Part shown: positions 1 to 9,034 of the stretch, in pieces
Layout of the letters: every line of letters begins with the position of its first letter
How positions within the stretch are numbered: position 1 is the stretch's first letter
NCBI GenBank assembly: GCA_013298625.1
Contig: JAAFIF010000068.1
Coordinates: 1 to 54,475, forward strand
Length of the DNA: 54,475 bases
Direction of reading: 5' to 3'
From: Myxococcales bacterium
GTDB taxonomy: Bacteria; Myxococcota_A; Polyangia; Polyangiales; Ga0077539
Notes under the pieces: model-generated
Database searches by the model: none
Seen by the model: only the letters and a program-made list of their open reading frames with translations
Told to the model about the DNA's origin: nothing
Position numbers and translations under genes: made by a program

Positions 1-81
1 GCGAGACGGGCGCGTCGTCGTCGGTGATGGGCATCGTTGCGCGAGTGTGCACGAGCGGTCACCGGCAACGAAAGTCCGCGG

Positions 82-1128
82 CTACAGCAGCTTCTCTCGA
101 TCGCCAGCGCGCTCGAGCAGGACCATCGCCAGCGCCACCATCACCAATCGAATCGGGTCCATCGGGCCCGCGAGGCGCAGCACGCCGAAGCCCGCGAAGA
201 GCACCATGAGCCACCCGAGTGACCGTCGCGCGCCTGCCCCGTTGTCGTAGCCGACGGACGCCGTGGACAGCGCCGCTGTGCCGAGCAAGAGCGTGGGCGC
301 GATGGCGTACGCCAGCAGCGCGAGGCGGCTTACGGTCGACTCCGCTCCGCTCGTGACCAGGTCGAAGCGCGCGCCGAACGTCGTGCGCCCGAGCACCGCC
401 GCCGCGGCCGCCGGCACCATCACCACGATCGCGACGATCATCGCCGCCAACGCCACAGGAAACGGCAGAAACAGCTGCGTCCGCTTCGCCCCCACCGCGC
501 GCTCGCCCGCGCGATACGCCCAGACCGTAGCCGCGACCGCGCCGAGCAGCGTGCACAGCTCCGCCGCGCGCCCGAGCCACGCCATGGTGACGGCGCCCGA
601 GCCCGCAGGCGGAAGCATCGCTTGCGCCGGCGCGTACGCGAGCTCGATCGACTCGCCGACGAGCAGCAACGCGAACGCGATTCGCGCCGATGCGAACGCC
701 CCGGGCCGCGCCGCGCCCAGCACCGCGCTGAAGACCACCGTGCTCGCCGCGCCCACGAGGCCCGCCCACTGCAAGCCCATCTTCGGCTCGCCGAACATCG
801 CCGCGAACACCAGCAGCGCGACCGGCGCGGCCAACAGCGCGCGCGCTGCGTGAATGGCCCTCGCGCCGCCCTGGCTCGCGGCCGCAGCGCGCACGAGCGT
901 CCCCAGCAACGCCAGCGCAGCGAGCACCGCGCCGAAGACGCCCGCGAACGTCGCGATCTCGAGCATGCGCGGGCTGCGCGCGGTGATGTTGGCGAGCGCG
1001 CGCGACAGCACGAACCACACAAACAGCGCCGCCAGCGCGGTGCCCGACGGAAACGTCGATCCCTCGTCGTGCTCAGCCTGATCGCTCGTCGCGTCGGCGG
1101 GCGATCGGTACACAGCGTCGTCGCTCAC
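82..1128 (-). CDS. hypothetical polytopic membrane protein
   Basis: 348-aa ORF with strong GC3 bias and multiple hydrophobic helices (LAALFVWFVLSRALA, LLLVGESIELAYA, AAMIVAIVVMVPAAA). GTG at 1128 or an internal ATG could be the start. Confidence 0.55.
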   Translation of the reverse strand: MSDDAVYRSPADATSDQAEHDEGSTFPSGTALAALFVWFVLSRALANITARSPRMLEIATFAGVFGAVLAALALLGTLVRAAAASQGGARAIHAARALLAAPVALLVFAAMFGEPKMGLQWAGLVGAASTVVFSAVLGAARPGAFASARIAFALLLVGESIELAYAPAQAMLPPAGSGAVTMAWLGRAAELCTLLGAVAATVWAYRAGERAVGAKRTQLFLPFPVALAAMIVAIVVMVPAAAAAVLGRTTFGARFDLVTSGAESTVSRLALLAYAIAPTLLLGTAALSTASVGYDNGAGARRSLGWLMVLFAGFGVLRLAGPMDPIRLVMVALAMVLLERAGDREKLL

Positions 1129-1161
1129 AGTTGCCCGTACCGTAGCACGCTCGCCGCGTCG

Positions 1162-2649
1162 TTAACCGCTGCTGCGCTCGCGCGCGCGGCGAAGGTACGT
1201 TCGCGCCACCTGCTCGGGATCGACCCGAAGCTGCCGCGCGAGCTCGAGCACGAAGCCTCGGAGGTACACCGCGGGCGGGAGCAGCTCGTACGACTCGTCT
1301 TCGATCGCCTTCAAGCTCGTGAGCGGAATCTTCGTGCGCGCGGCGAGCTCTCTCAGGTCGACCCCGCGCGCCTCGCGCACCGCGCGCAGCAATCCGCCGC
1401 TGAATTCGCTGTCCGGCGTGAGCTCGGGCATCGGCGGAAGCTCCACTGGCTCGGGCTGCGCTGGCGCCTCGGCGAGCGAGGCGACCAACTCGCGCTCGGG
1501 CATGGTGATGCTGAGGTCGTACGGCCGTCGTCGGACAGGGTCGAGCAGCACGTCGCGCGCCTCTTCGACGCGCGAGAGCGAGGCCTCTCGCTGCTCTTCT
1601 GAGCACAGACCCGCGCTCGCGAGCGAGTCGTTGGCGTACAGGTCGCGCATGCGGCGAACGGCGCGCCGCACTTCTTCGTCGGTCGCTCCGCGGTCGAGCA
1701 AGAGCGTCTCGTAGTGCGTCGAGGGCGCGGGCTCGTGCGGCGGACGCACCGCGCGGTGCTCAGCGGTCGGCTCGATCGAAGAGTGCGCCGCCGCGAGCCT
1801 TCGCGCGAGCCGCTCGAGGTTGCGAGAGGCCTTCGCGCCCGGAGAGTCCACGAGCAGCGGTCGCCGCTTGCGCGCGGCGAGGCTGACGGCTTCGTCGTAC
1901 TCGACGTGCCCGAGAAAGCTCAGCTCGACGCCGAGTCGTTGCCGCGCGAGCACGCTGATCGACTCGCCGAGCTCGAGGTCGACGCGCGAGCGCGAGGCGT
2001 TGACCACGAACCACGGTCGCAGTTCGTGCAGGGCGCTCCACACGACGGTGGCCACCGACGGCTCGGCGCGGGCGATGGCGCGGGCGAGGTCGATGGGCGA
2101 GGGGGGCGCTGCTTCGCGCTCGATCGTGGCGCGCATCACGTCGAGCGCCGGGGGCGAGGTCTTGAGCGCGTGCGAGAGCGAGCGCGCGTACGCGTGGCGA
2201 ATCCAGCGGTAGATCGCTTCGACCGACGAGGGCTCTGGGAGCGCCACGAGCACGGCGGCGTCGACGTCGAGCATGGCGTCGAGCAGCGCGTGCTGAGTGC
2301 CCGGGCCGAGGTCGAGCACGACGTGGTCCGCCCCCGAGTGCGCGGCGATCTCGCGGGGGCGCTTGAGGGTGACGCCCGAGACCGTCCCCGCTTCGCTGTA
2401 GGCCGACAGGAGCCTGACGTTGGGCACGACCGTCTCGCGGCCGCGCGGATCTTGCGCGGCGCTGTGCCACGGCTGCTGGTGCATCGGCGGCGCGGCGCAG
2501 CCGAAGCTCGTCGCGAGCTGCGGCGCGTTGGGATGTCCGTCGACGACGAGGACGCGCTTGCCGAGCTGCGCGAGAAAAACCGCGAGGCCCGCGGCGACCA
2601 CAGAGCGCCCCGCGCCGCCCTTTGCGCCTCCGACTGCGATGACCGTCAT
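1162..2649 (-). CDS. ParA/MinD-family P-loop ATPase with C-terminal XRE/RodZ-like HTH domain
   Basis: ATG at 2649 gives MTVIAVGGAKGGAGRSV (deviant Walker A, KGGxGK[ST]). The C-terminus LRELAARTKIPLTSLKAIEDESYELLP is HTH-like. The ORF-track 5' extension is Arg-rich and non-coding-like. Confidence 0.75.
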   Translation of the reverse strand: MTVIAVGGAKGGAGRSVVAAGLAVFLAQLGKRVLVVDGHPNAPQLATSFGCAAPPMHQQPWHSAAQDPRGRETVVPNVRLLSAYSEAGTVSGVTLKRPREIAAHSGADHVVLDLGPGTQHALLDAMLDVDAAVLVALPEPSSVEAIYRWIRHAYARSLSHALKTSPPALDVMRATIEREAAPPSPIDLARAIARAEPSVATVVWSALHELRPWFVVNASRSRVDLELGESISVLARQRLGVELSFLGHVEYDEAVSLAARKRRPLLVDSPGAKASRNLERLARRLAAAHSSIEPTAEHRAVRPPHEPAPSTHYETLLLDRGATDEEVRRAVRRMRDLYANDSLASAGLCSEEQREASLSRVEEARDVLLDPVRRRPYDLSITMPERELVASLAEAPAQPEPVELPPMPELTPDSEFSGGLLRAVREARGVDLRELAARTKIPLTSLKAIEDESYELLPPAVYLRGFVLELARQLRVDPEQVARTYLRRARERSSG

Positions 2650-2684
2650 GCCTTGGCGCGGAGGTATACCGCACCGCGCGACGG

Positions 2685-3335
2685 TCAGTCGTTGTCCATC
2701 AGCGCGTGGGCATCCGCCGCGCCGTTGGCGTGCTCCCAGAGCTGCGCGAGCTCTTTGGCGCCGGGCAGCGTCGCGAGAAAGGGATCCCACTCGCGCGGAC
2801 GCGTCGGCGAAAACGCCAGCGCGAGCACGGGAGACCACCGCGGTCGAGTGGGCTTTCGCAGGAGCTTCATGCCCGCCTCGGCCGGCGTTCGACCGCCCTT
2901 CTCGAGGTTGCACACGCGGCACGAGCACACGAGGTTCTCCCAGCTCGATGGGCCTCCGCGCGAGCGGGGCATGACGTGATCGAGGTTGAGGTCTCTCGCG
3001 CTCGAACGATTGCCGCAGTACTGGCAGGTGTACGCGTCGCGCAAAAAGATGTTGCGCCGCGAGAGGCGCACCGATGCCCGCGGCATCCGGTCGTACGCGA
3101 TCAGCTGTAGCACGCGCGGGACGCGGATCGGCCCCCGCGCCGTCCCGAACGACGCGTCCGTCTCCCTCGTCGGAACGCTCGCCCACGACTGAAAATCATG
3201 GCCCATCCAGTGCTCGTCGAGCGCGCGCGCCACGTCGGTGAACAGCAGCACGAACGCACGCTTGGCAGACGTGATGTGCACAGCTTGCATGCAACGGTTG
3301 ACGACGAGGACCTGGGTGCTCTGAGCGCTCTGCAT
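2685..3335 (-). CDS. HNH endonuclease domain protein
   Basis: Motif YTCQYCG...LNLDHVMPRSRGG...WENLVCSCRVCNLEKGG, i.e. a Cys4 zinc site with the HNH catalytic His/Asn. Confidence 0.8.
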   Translation of the reverse strand: MQSAQSTQVLVVNRCMQAVHITSAKRAFVLLFTDVARALDEHWMGHDFQSWASVPTRETDASFGTARGPIRVPRVLQLIAYDRMPRASVRLSRRNIFLRDAYTCQYCGNRSSARDLNLDHVMPRSRGGPSSWENLVCSCRVCNLEKGGRTPAEAGMKLLRKPTRPRWSPVLALAFSPTRPREWDPFLATLPGAKELAQLWEHANGAADAHALMDND

Positions 3336-3368
3336 CGCGTTCGACCGTCGGGTTGGTAGAAGGAGTTG

Positions 3369-4857
3369 TTATCCGTCGCGCGGATCGTCTTGATCGTCGT
3401 CGCGCGGCGGGAGGGGGGCGGGTGTGTTCGTATCGTTGGTTCTGTGTGGCTGCGCGAGGGCGCGCGCAAGAGCCGCGGCCACGAGCGGGACGTCGTCGTC
3501 GGCGAGCGTTCGCGCGTCGAGCCACAGCGTGTCGTCGGCGATGCGCGCGATGACGGGCGGCTCGCTCTCGGTGCGAAGCGCGCGCTCGACGCGCGTGAGC
3601 GGCGGGCACGACGGGTGCGGCGCGAGGGCGAGGGCGGCGCTGGGGAGCTCGGCGAGCGGGAGCGTTCCTCCGCCGACGCGGGCGATCGACGGAGAGAGAG
3701 AGAGAGACGGCGATGCCGTGAGCGCGCGCACCGACGAGAGCAGCCGCTCGGCCCGCGCGCGGACGATTTCGACCGGCTCGCACAGCGCGCGCATCGCCGG
3801 TAGCTCGCTGCTCGCCCTGCCCGAGGCGTACCTCGCGAGCGTCGCCTCGAGCGCCGCGAGCACGATGCGCCCCGGCCGGAGCGCGCGCATCAGCGGGTGT
3901 TTGCGCAGCCGATCGATCCACAGGGCGCGCCCCACCAAGATGCCCGCCTGCGGGCCGCCGAGCAGCTTGTCCCCAGAGAACATCACCACGTCCGCGCCGC
4001 CCGCGACGGCTTCGCGCGCCGTGGGCTCGTGCGGAAGTCCCCACTGCCCGAGGTCGATCAACGCCCCGGACCCGAGGTCTTCGAGCAACGGGACGCCCCT
4101 CGCTGCGGCGATCCGCGCGAGCTCTTCGCGCGACGCTCGTTGGGTGAACCCCACGACGGCGAAGTTGCTCTGGTGCACGCTGAGCAGCGCGCCGGTGCGC
4201 TCGCTGATCGCGCGCTCGAAATCCGCCGCGCGCGTCTTGTTCGTGGTGCCCACTTCGACCAGCGTCGCTCCGCACGACGCGATCACGTCCGGAACGCGAA
4301 ATCCCCCGCCGATCTCCACGAGCTCTCCGCGCGACACGATCACCTCGCGCCCCGCCGCGAGCCGTGCACGCGAGCAGCACCGCCGCTGCGCAGTTGTTCA
4401 CGACGATCGCGTCCTCGGCGCCCGTGAGCGCGACGAGCAGCCCGCGCACCACGCTGTCCCGATGCCCGCGCGCGCCCTCGTTCAGGTCGTACTCGAGCGC
4501 GGCGTAGCCCCGACACGCGTCGCGCACGTCGTCGAGCACGGCGTCTCCGAGCGGAGCTCTGCCGAGGTTCGTGTGCAAGACCACCCCCGTTGCGTTGATG
4601 ATCCGCCGCAGGTTGCGCCGCGAAGCGCCCCGCGCTCGCTCAGCCAGCGCCGCGTCGAGCGCCCGAGCGAGCGCGTCGCGATCGCCGGTGACCGTCCCGT
4701 CGAGCAGCGATTGGCGCAGCGAATCGAGCAGCAGACGCGCCTCGGCCCGAAGCCCTTCGTCGCCCAGCGCCGCCCGCAGCGCGGCCGCCCCTTCGCCCGC
4801 CAGCACCCGCTGCATCGGCGGAATCGCTCGCAACCTCGACTCGCCCTCGTCGCTCAC
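3369..4857 (-). pseudogene. selA: L-seryl-tRNA(Sec) selenium transferase SelA, reading frame broken by a 1-nt indel (authentic pseudogene or sequencing error)
   Basis: The N-terminal part (frame of ORF 3196..4857) reads RIINATGVVLHTNLGRAPL...LTGAEDAIVVNNCAAAVLLAC. The C-terminal part (frame of ORF 3369..4343) reads GREVIVSRGELVEIGGGFRVPDV...VHQSNFAVVGF. Both match SelA. The frames switch around 4345-4366 (acggctcgcg; one extra base). Confidence 0.8.
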
Positions 4858-5066
4858 AGCGTCGAGAAGCGTTGCACGCTACCCGTGCGCGCTGCCAATT
4901 TGCGCCCCGCTGCCGCACAGACCGTCGCACACCCCTAGTGACACTGCCGCGGGCCCGTGCTAGAGAGCGCGCCCCTTTTCAAGATGAAGAGGGGATCGCC
5001 GTTCCTCGCTCGCGGATTTCTGACTGGCACACCGCGGGCCTGAACGTCCAGGAGGCACGTGCCAAC

Positions 5067-5627
5067 ATGACCATCGAAGCAAATATCGACCGGTCTCGAG
5101 CCACAGACTACGAGACCATTTTCATCCTTCGCGCAGACATCGACTCGGACGCGTCCGAGAAGGCGATCTCGCGCGTGCTCACTGCGATCGAGCAGGGCGG
5201 CGGCAAGCTGCTCAAGGTCGAGAGCTGGGGCAAGCGCCGCCTCGCGTACGCGATCGGCAAGCAGCGCAAGGGCTTCTACGTCTACGTCCGCTACCTCGGA
5301 TACCGGGGCGTCGTGGCGGAGATCGAGCGCAACCTGCGCATGCTCGACAGCGTGCTTCGCCACATGACCGTGGCGCTGCGCAAGAACGTCGACCCCAAGG
5401 CCATCGCGGTGGACGCGGACGACGTGAAGGTGCGCCGCATCGAGATCGTCGAAGGCGAAGACGACAAAGAGGACAACATCGAGTCCTCGCTCGGCCTGTC
5501 CGACGACCGGCCCAGCATGGCGCCGCGCGGCGGCGATCGCTACGAAGCCGCCCCCGTCGAAGCTGCCCCCCCGGCGGCTGAAGCTGAGGCCAAGAAGGAC
5601 GAGGGCGAGAAGCCCGCGCAGGGATGA
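5067..5627 (+). CDS. rpsF: 30S ribosomal protein S6 with acidic C-terminal tail
   Basis: YETIFILRADIDSD...KLLKVESWGKRRLAYAIGKQRKGFYVYVRY. The ATG at 5067 is preceded by GGAGG at 5051-5055. The upstream part of ORF 4872.. is Arg-rich junk. Confidence 0.9.
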   Translation: MTIEANIDRSRATDYETIFILRADIDSDASEKAISRVLTAIEQGGGKLLKVESWGKRRLAYAIGKQRKGFYVYVRYLGYRGVVAEIERNLRMLDSVLRHMTVALRKNVDPKAIAVDADDVKVRRIEIVEGEDDKEDNIESSLGLSDDRPSMAPRGGDRYEAAPVEAAPPAAEAEAKKDEGEKPAQG

Positions 5628-5639
5628 ACGGAGGCGCCA

Positions 5640-5945
5640 ATGTCGATGCGTGATCGTGGAATGGATCGTGACGATATCGTCGAGGCAGGAGAGGCAGAAG
5701 TTGCCGTTCTCAATCTGTCCGAGCGCCGTCGCGGTGGTCGCAAGAAGATCTGCAAGTTCTGCGCGGAGAAGGCCACCTCGGTGGACTACAAGGACTCCAA
5801 CGCGCTCCGTTACTTCCTCACCGAGCGCGGCAAGGTTGTGCCGCGTCGTATCTCGGGCAACTGCGCGTTTCACCAGCGCATGGTCAACGAGGCGATCAAG
5901 CGTGGACGCATGATCGCTCTGCTGCCCTTCACCGTGGCGCAGTGA
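5640..5945 (+). CDS. rpsR: 30S ribosomal protein S18
   Basis: [63 protein letters not shown]. Confidence 0.9.
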   Translation: MSMRDRGMDRDDIVEAGEAEVAVLNLSERRRGGRKKICKFCAEKATSVDYKDSNALRYFLTERGKVVPRRISGNCAFHQRMVNEAIKRGRMIALLPFTVAQ

Positions 5946-5966
5946 TCACCGGAGGAGAAGTTCATC

Positions 5967-6431
5967 ATGGCTCGTTCGGTTAACGTGGTTTTGCAGAAGG
6001 ACGTCGAGAAGCTCGGTAAGGGCGGAGACGTCGTGAAGGTCTCGCCGGGCTACGCTCGCAACTATCTCGTCCCCAAGGGCTTCGCCCTTCCGGCGAGCGA
6101 GGGCAACGTGGCGCGCTTCGAGCACATCAAGCGCGTCGCTGCCGAGCGCGCGGCCAAGGCTCGCGCCGAGGCCAAGACGCTCGCCGACAAGGTCAACGCC
6201 GTCGAGATCGCGATCTCGGCCCGCGCTGGCTCCGAAGGCAAGCTCTACGGCTCGATCACCCACAAGGACATCGAGACGGCGCTCAAGGCCAAGGGCTTCG
6301 ACATCGACAAGAAGAAGCTCAAGGTCGACAACATCCGCGCCACCGGCACGTACGAAGTCACCGCGCACATCGCCCCGGAGGTCAACGCGACCTTCAAGGT
6401 GATCGTGACGGCTTCTGCTGTCGAAGCGTGA
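5967..6431 (+). CDS. rplI: 50S ribosomal protein L9
   Basis: MARSVNVVLQKDVEKLGKGGDVVKVSPGYARNYLVPKGFA; RBS GGAGGAG at 5951. Confidence 0.9.
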   Translation: MARSVNVVLQKDVEKLGKGGDVVKVSPGYARNYLVPKGFALPASEGNVARFEHIKRVAAERAAKARAEAKTLADKVNAVEIAISARAGSEGKLYGSITHKDIETALKAKGFDIDKKKLKVDNIRATGTYEVTAHIAPEVNATFKVIVTASAVEA

Positions 6432-6442
6432 TGCGCTAACTG

Positions 6443-6534
6443 CATTCCGGGGGGAATGCGGCCGGGCCTCATCCAGGTTCTCGCTCTGATCACTGAGTGA
6501 TCGGAGATGAAACAGGGATGAGGCCCGACTTTTT
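6443..6534 (+). terminator. Nested hairpins ending in a T-run downstream of rplI
   Basis: CATTCC-GGGG-GGAATG sits at 6443-6458. GGCCTCATCC (6465-6474) pairs with GGATGAGGCC (6516-6525), enclosing the palindrome GATCACTGAGTGATC. CGACTTTTTG follows. Confidence 0.4.
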
Positions 6535-6553
6535 GCTACGTTCGGCGCGCGCA

Positions 6554-7900
6554 ATGACTCTCGCAAGAACACTGACTCACGCGCGCTCGCTCGCCGCGAT
6601 CGCAACGTTCACCGCCGCATCGCTCGGCGCGACCTCGGCGCACGCGCAGGTCGAGCTCCGCTGCCCGCAAGGCTGGACGACGGCCCCTCCCTTCGTGCAA
6701 GGCGCAGAAGGACAGCGGCCGATCGTGAGCTGCCGCAAGGACCCGATGACCGTCGGCGGGCTGCAAGTCGACGTCGCGGTTCCGCAGGCGGCCGAGGCGC
6801 GGCTCGCGATCCAGCTGCTGATGGAAGCGCAGTTTCCTCCGCCCGAAGAGATGCCCACGCTTCGCGACGAGACGTTTGGCACGATCCGAGGACGCGTGCT
6901 CGAGCGCGAAGCGCAGGGCGAAGGCCCCGGCGGAACCACCACCCGCGTCACGGGCGCGGTCGCGTTGATCCCCGTCGGCGGAAGCACGGTCGTCCTTCGC
7001 GCGATCTCGACCAACGCGCGCAACACCGCGCTGAGCGCGCTGCGCACGATCATCCCTGCGATCGTCGGGCTCGACGGCGCGCCCCCGCAGTGGCGCGTCG
7101 GGATGCCGTCGTGCCCGCGTCCTCTCACCCGCGGCGACGCGCGCGGCGCGACGCCCAACGGCCTGCGCCTCGCTGGGACGTGCATGGTCGAAGCCGAGGG
7201 AAAGTCCGTCGAGGTCCTCGAGTCTCGCTTGCCTGCGCGCACCGTCGTCGAAGCCCGCGCAGCGGCGGACTTCTACCGCCAGACCATGGAGCGTCAGTTC
7301 GCTCGCCGCGGCGGAGGACGGGTCACGATGGACGAGCCGACTCCCATCACCGTGCAGGGCGCGCAGGGCTTCTACAGCGTGATTCACGCGGTGGTGAGCG
7401 TGCAAGAGGCGCCCAACGCGCCGCCGCAGCAGCTGCGGATCGACCGCGCCATCACGGTGCTCCCGCTCGACAACGGCGGGCACGCCGAGCTCGTCGCCAC
7501 GGTGGCGAACGCGACCGACGCCACCGCCGTGCGCTCGCTCATCGACGCGCTGGGCGCCGTCGTGAAGCTCGACGGCTCACAGGTCACCGGAAGCACCGCG
7601 GCGCCCGGCGCGAGCGCAGGAGACGGCGGAGCTCCCAGTGAAGGCGACGCCGCAGCGGGCGCGAGCGCGAGCCCCAGCGCCCCAGAGCCGCCGCGGTCCA
7701 ACTTCGACCCCAACGCGCCCATGCCAGATTGGTCGCAGGCCGCTGCGGACCGCCCCCGCGTGACGCCCCAAGCAGCGCAGAAGAACGCCTGCGGTTGCAG
7801 CGTCCCGGGCGCGACGCGACCGTCAGCGACGTGGCTCTCGATCGCCGCTGCGACGGTGGCGCTCGCGACGATTCGTCTGCGAAATCGCAGAAAGAACTAA
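6554..7900 (+). CDS. secreted hypothetical protein with MYXO-CTERM-type C-terminal sorting signal
   Basis: Signal peptide MTLARTLTHARSLAAIATFTAASLGATSAHAQ. C-terminus ...ACGCSVPGATRPSATWLSIAAATVALATIRLRNRRKN (GC motif, TM helix, basic tail). The track start 6497 (GTG) and the ATG at 6518 overlap the upstream terminator. Confidence 0.7.
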   Translation: MTLARTLTHARSLAAIATFTAASLGATSAHAQVELRCPQGWTTAPPFVQGAEGQRPIVSCRKDPMTVGGLQVDVAVPQAAEARLAIQLLMEAQFPPPEEMPTLRDETFGTIRGRVLEREAQGEGPGGTTTRVTGAVALIPVGGSTVVLRAISTNARNTALSALRTIIPAIVGLDGAPPQWRVGMPSCPRPLTRGDARGATPNGLRLAGTCMVEAEGKSVEVLESRLPARTVVEARAAADFYRQTMERQFARRGGGRVTMDEPTPITVQGAQGFYSVIHAVVSVQEAPNAPPQQLRIDRAITVLPLDNGGHAELVATVANATDATAVRSLIDALGAVVKLDGSQVTGSTAAPGASAGDGGAPSEGDAAAGASASPSAPEPPRSNFDPNAPMPDWSQAAADRPRVTPQAAQKNACGCSVPGATRPSATWLSIAAATVALATIRLRNRRKN

Positions 7901-8226
7901 GGCACTGCGCACGCCGCGTAGCCGAGCACCTTCGGGCCGTCGACCGTGTCCGTCGCCGTGGGGGACCAGCCGCGCGCGAGGCGCGCTTCGAGCAGCGAGC
8001 GCTCTGTCGGCTCTTCTTCGCAGATGGCGACCGCCATCAGCCCGCCCAGTCACGTGGTGTCGTACACGAGCCAGCGATCGCCGTCACGAATCACCACGTC
8101 GTGCGTGTACTCGTCCTGGATCACCACGCGGACGAGCGAGGTTCGACCGCCGCTCGCGACGCAGATGGTCAGCAGTTCTTCGAGAGTTTTCAGCGTCCCG
8201 CTGGTGAGCAGATCGGTGGCACTCAT
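7897..8226 (-). CDS. candidate selenoprotein (109 aa), UGA at 8050-8052 read as Sec
   Basis: The ORF MSATDLL...RWLVYDTT ends at TGA. The same frame continues with unchanged high GC3 for 50 codons (LGGLMAVAICEEEPTERSLLEARLARGWSPTATDTVDGPKVLGYAACAVP) to TAG at 7897-7899. A SECIS-like hairpin follows the UGA. Confidence 0.5.
8020..8041 (-). promoter_or_regulatory. SECIS-like stem-loop 11 nt downstream of in-frame UGA
   Basis: mRNA reads UGA CUGGGCGGGCU GAUGGC GGUC GCCAUC UGC. The stem is a perfect 6 bp and is extendable. The apical loop GGUC puts G/U at +22/+23 from the UGA, as in the E. coli fdhF SECIS. Confidence 0.45.
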
Positions 8227-8311
8227 GCGTCGGACCGTGTGATAGCGTCGCCGACCTTCGCGCGCACCTGACACATCACAACACCCGAAGCAGGGTGCGG
8301 CACCGAACGCC

Positions 8312-9019
8312 ATGACCAAGCACGTTCTCCAGGCGATCCTCGAGCGAATCCACTCTCTGCGCGGCCAGCGCCCTGTGGTCTTGTTCGACCTCGACGGGAC
8401 GCTCTACGACAATCGCCCGCGCACGCTGCGCATCTTGCACGCGTTTGCGGCGCAGCTTCCCAAAGAGCACGCCGAGGCCGCGCGCGCCCTGCGCTCGCTG
8501 AACGCGGGCGACCTTCTGTACCGCCTCGACGAGACCCTGGCGCCGCGCGGAGTGTCCGCGGAGATCATCGCCCAGGCGCAGGCCGCGTGGCGCGTGCGGT
8601 TCTTCACGGACGCTGCGTGCGCGGACGATGTTCCGCTCACGGGGTCCGTCGCGTTCGCGAGAGAGTGTTGGGACGCCGGCGCGACGCTGGTCTATCTCAC
8701 CGGCAGGGACATCCCCGGGATGCTGCTCGGAACGACGCGGACGCTGCGCGACGACGGGTTTCCGATCGGCGTTCCCAGGGTCGAGCTGGTGATGAAGCCG
8801 TCCTTCGACGAGCCCGACGTGGACTTCAAGAACCGCCTGCTCGACCCGCTCGACGAGCTCGGCACCGTGGTGGCCTCGTTCGACAACGAGCCGGGCAACT
8901 GCAACTTGTTTCACCGCCGATGGCCCGACGCCTACACGGTCTTTCTCGACACGCAGAAGGCGCCCGGCGCGCCTCCGCTCGTCGAGCAGTGCATCACCAT
9001 CGCGAACTTCACGCACTGA
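8312..9019 (+). CDS. HAD-superfamily hydrolase
   Basis: VVLFDLDGTLYDN (DxDxT motif I); the VYLTGR and DNEPGN motifs are also present. Confidence 0.8.
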   Translation: MTKHVLQAILERIHSLRGQRPVVLFDLDGTLYDNRPRTLRILHAFAAQLPKEHAEAARALRSLNAGDLLYRLDETLAPRGVSAEIIAQAQAAWRVRFFTDAACADDVPLTGSVAFARECWDAGATLVYLTGRDIPGMLLGTTRTLRDDGFPIGVPRVELVMKPSFDEPDVDFKNRLLDPLDELGTVVASFDNEPGNCNLFHRRWPDAYTVFLDTQKAPGAPPLVEQCITIANFTH

Positions 9020-9034
9020 GCGCGGGCGAGCGCG

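Noticed and set aside
4340-4370. Programmed ribosomal frameshift in selA
   Set aside because: There is no slippery heptamer or stimulatory structure, so a simple 1-nt indel is more parsimonious. I kept it as a finding only as a possible pseudogene or sequencing error.
4872-5066. N-terminal 65-aa extension of the rpsF ORF
   Set aside because: It is Arg-rich. The conserved S6 sequence begins at the ATG at 5067, which has a GGAGG RBS 11 nt upstream.
8227-8319. 5' extension of the candidate selenoprotein ORF (MVMAFGAAPCFGCCD...)
   Set aside because: It overlaps the divergent HAD gene start and shows poor codon bias; the ATG at 8226 is preferred.
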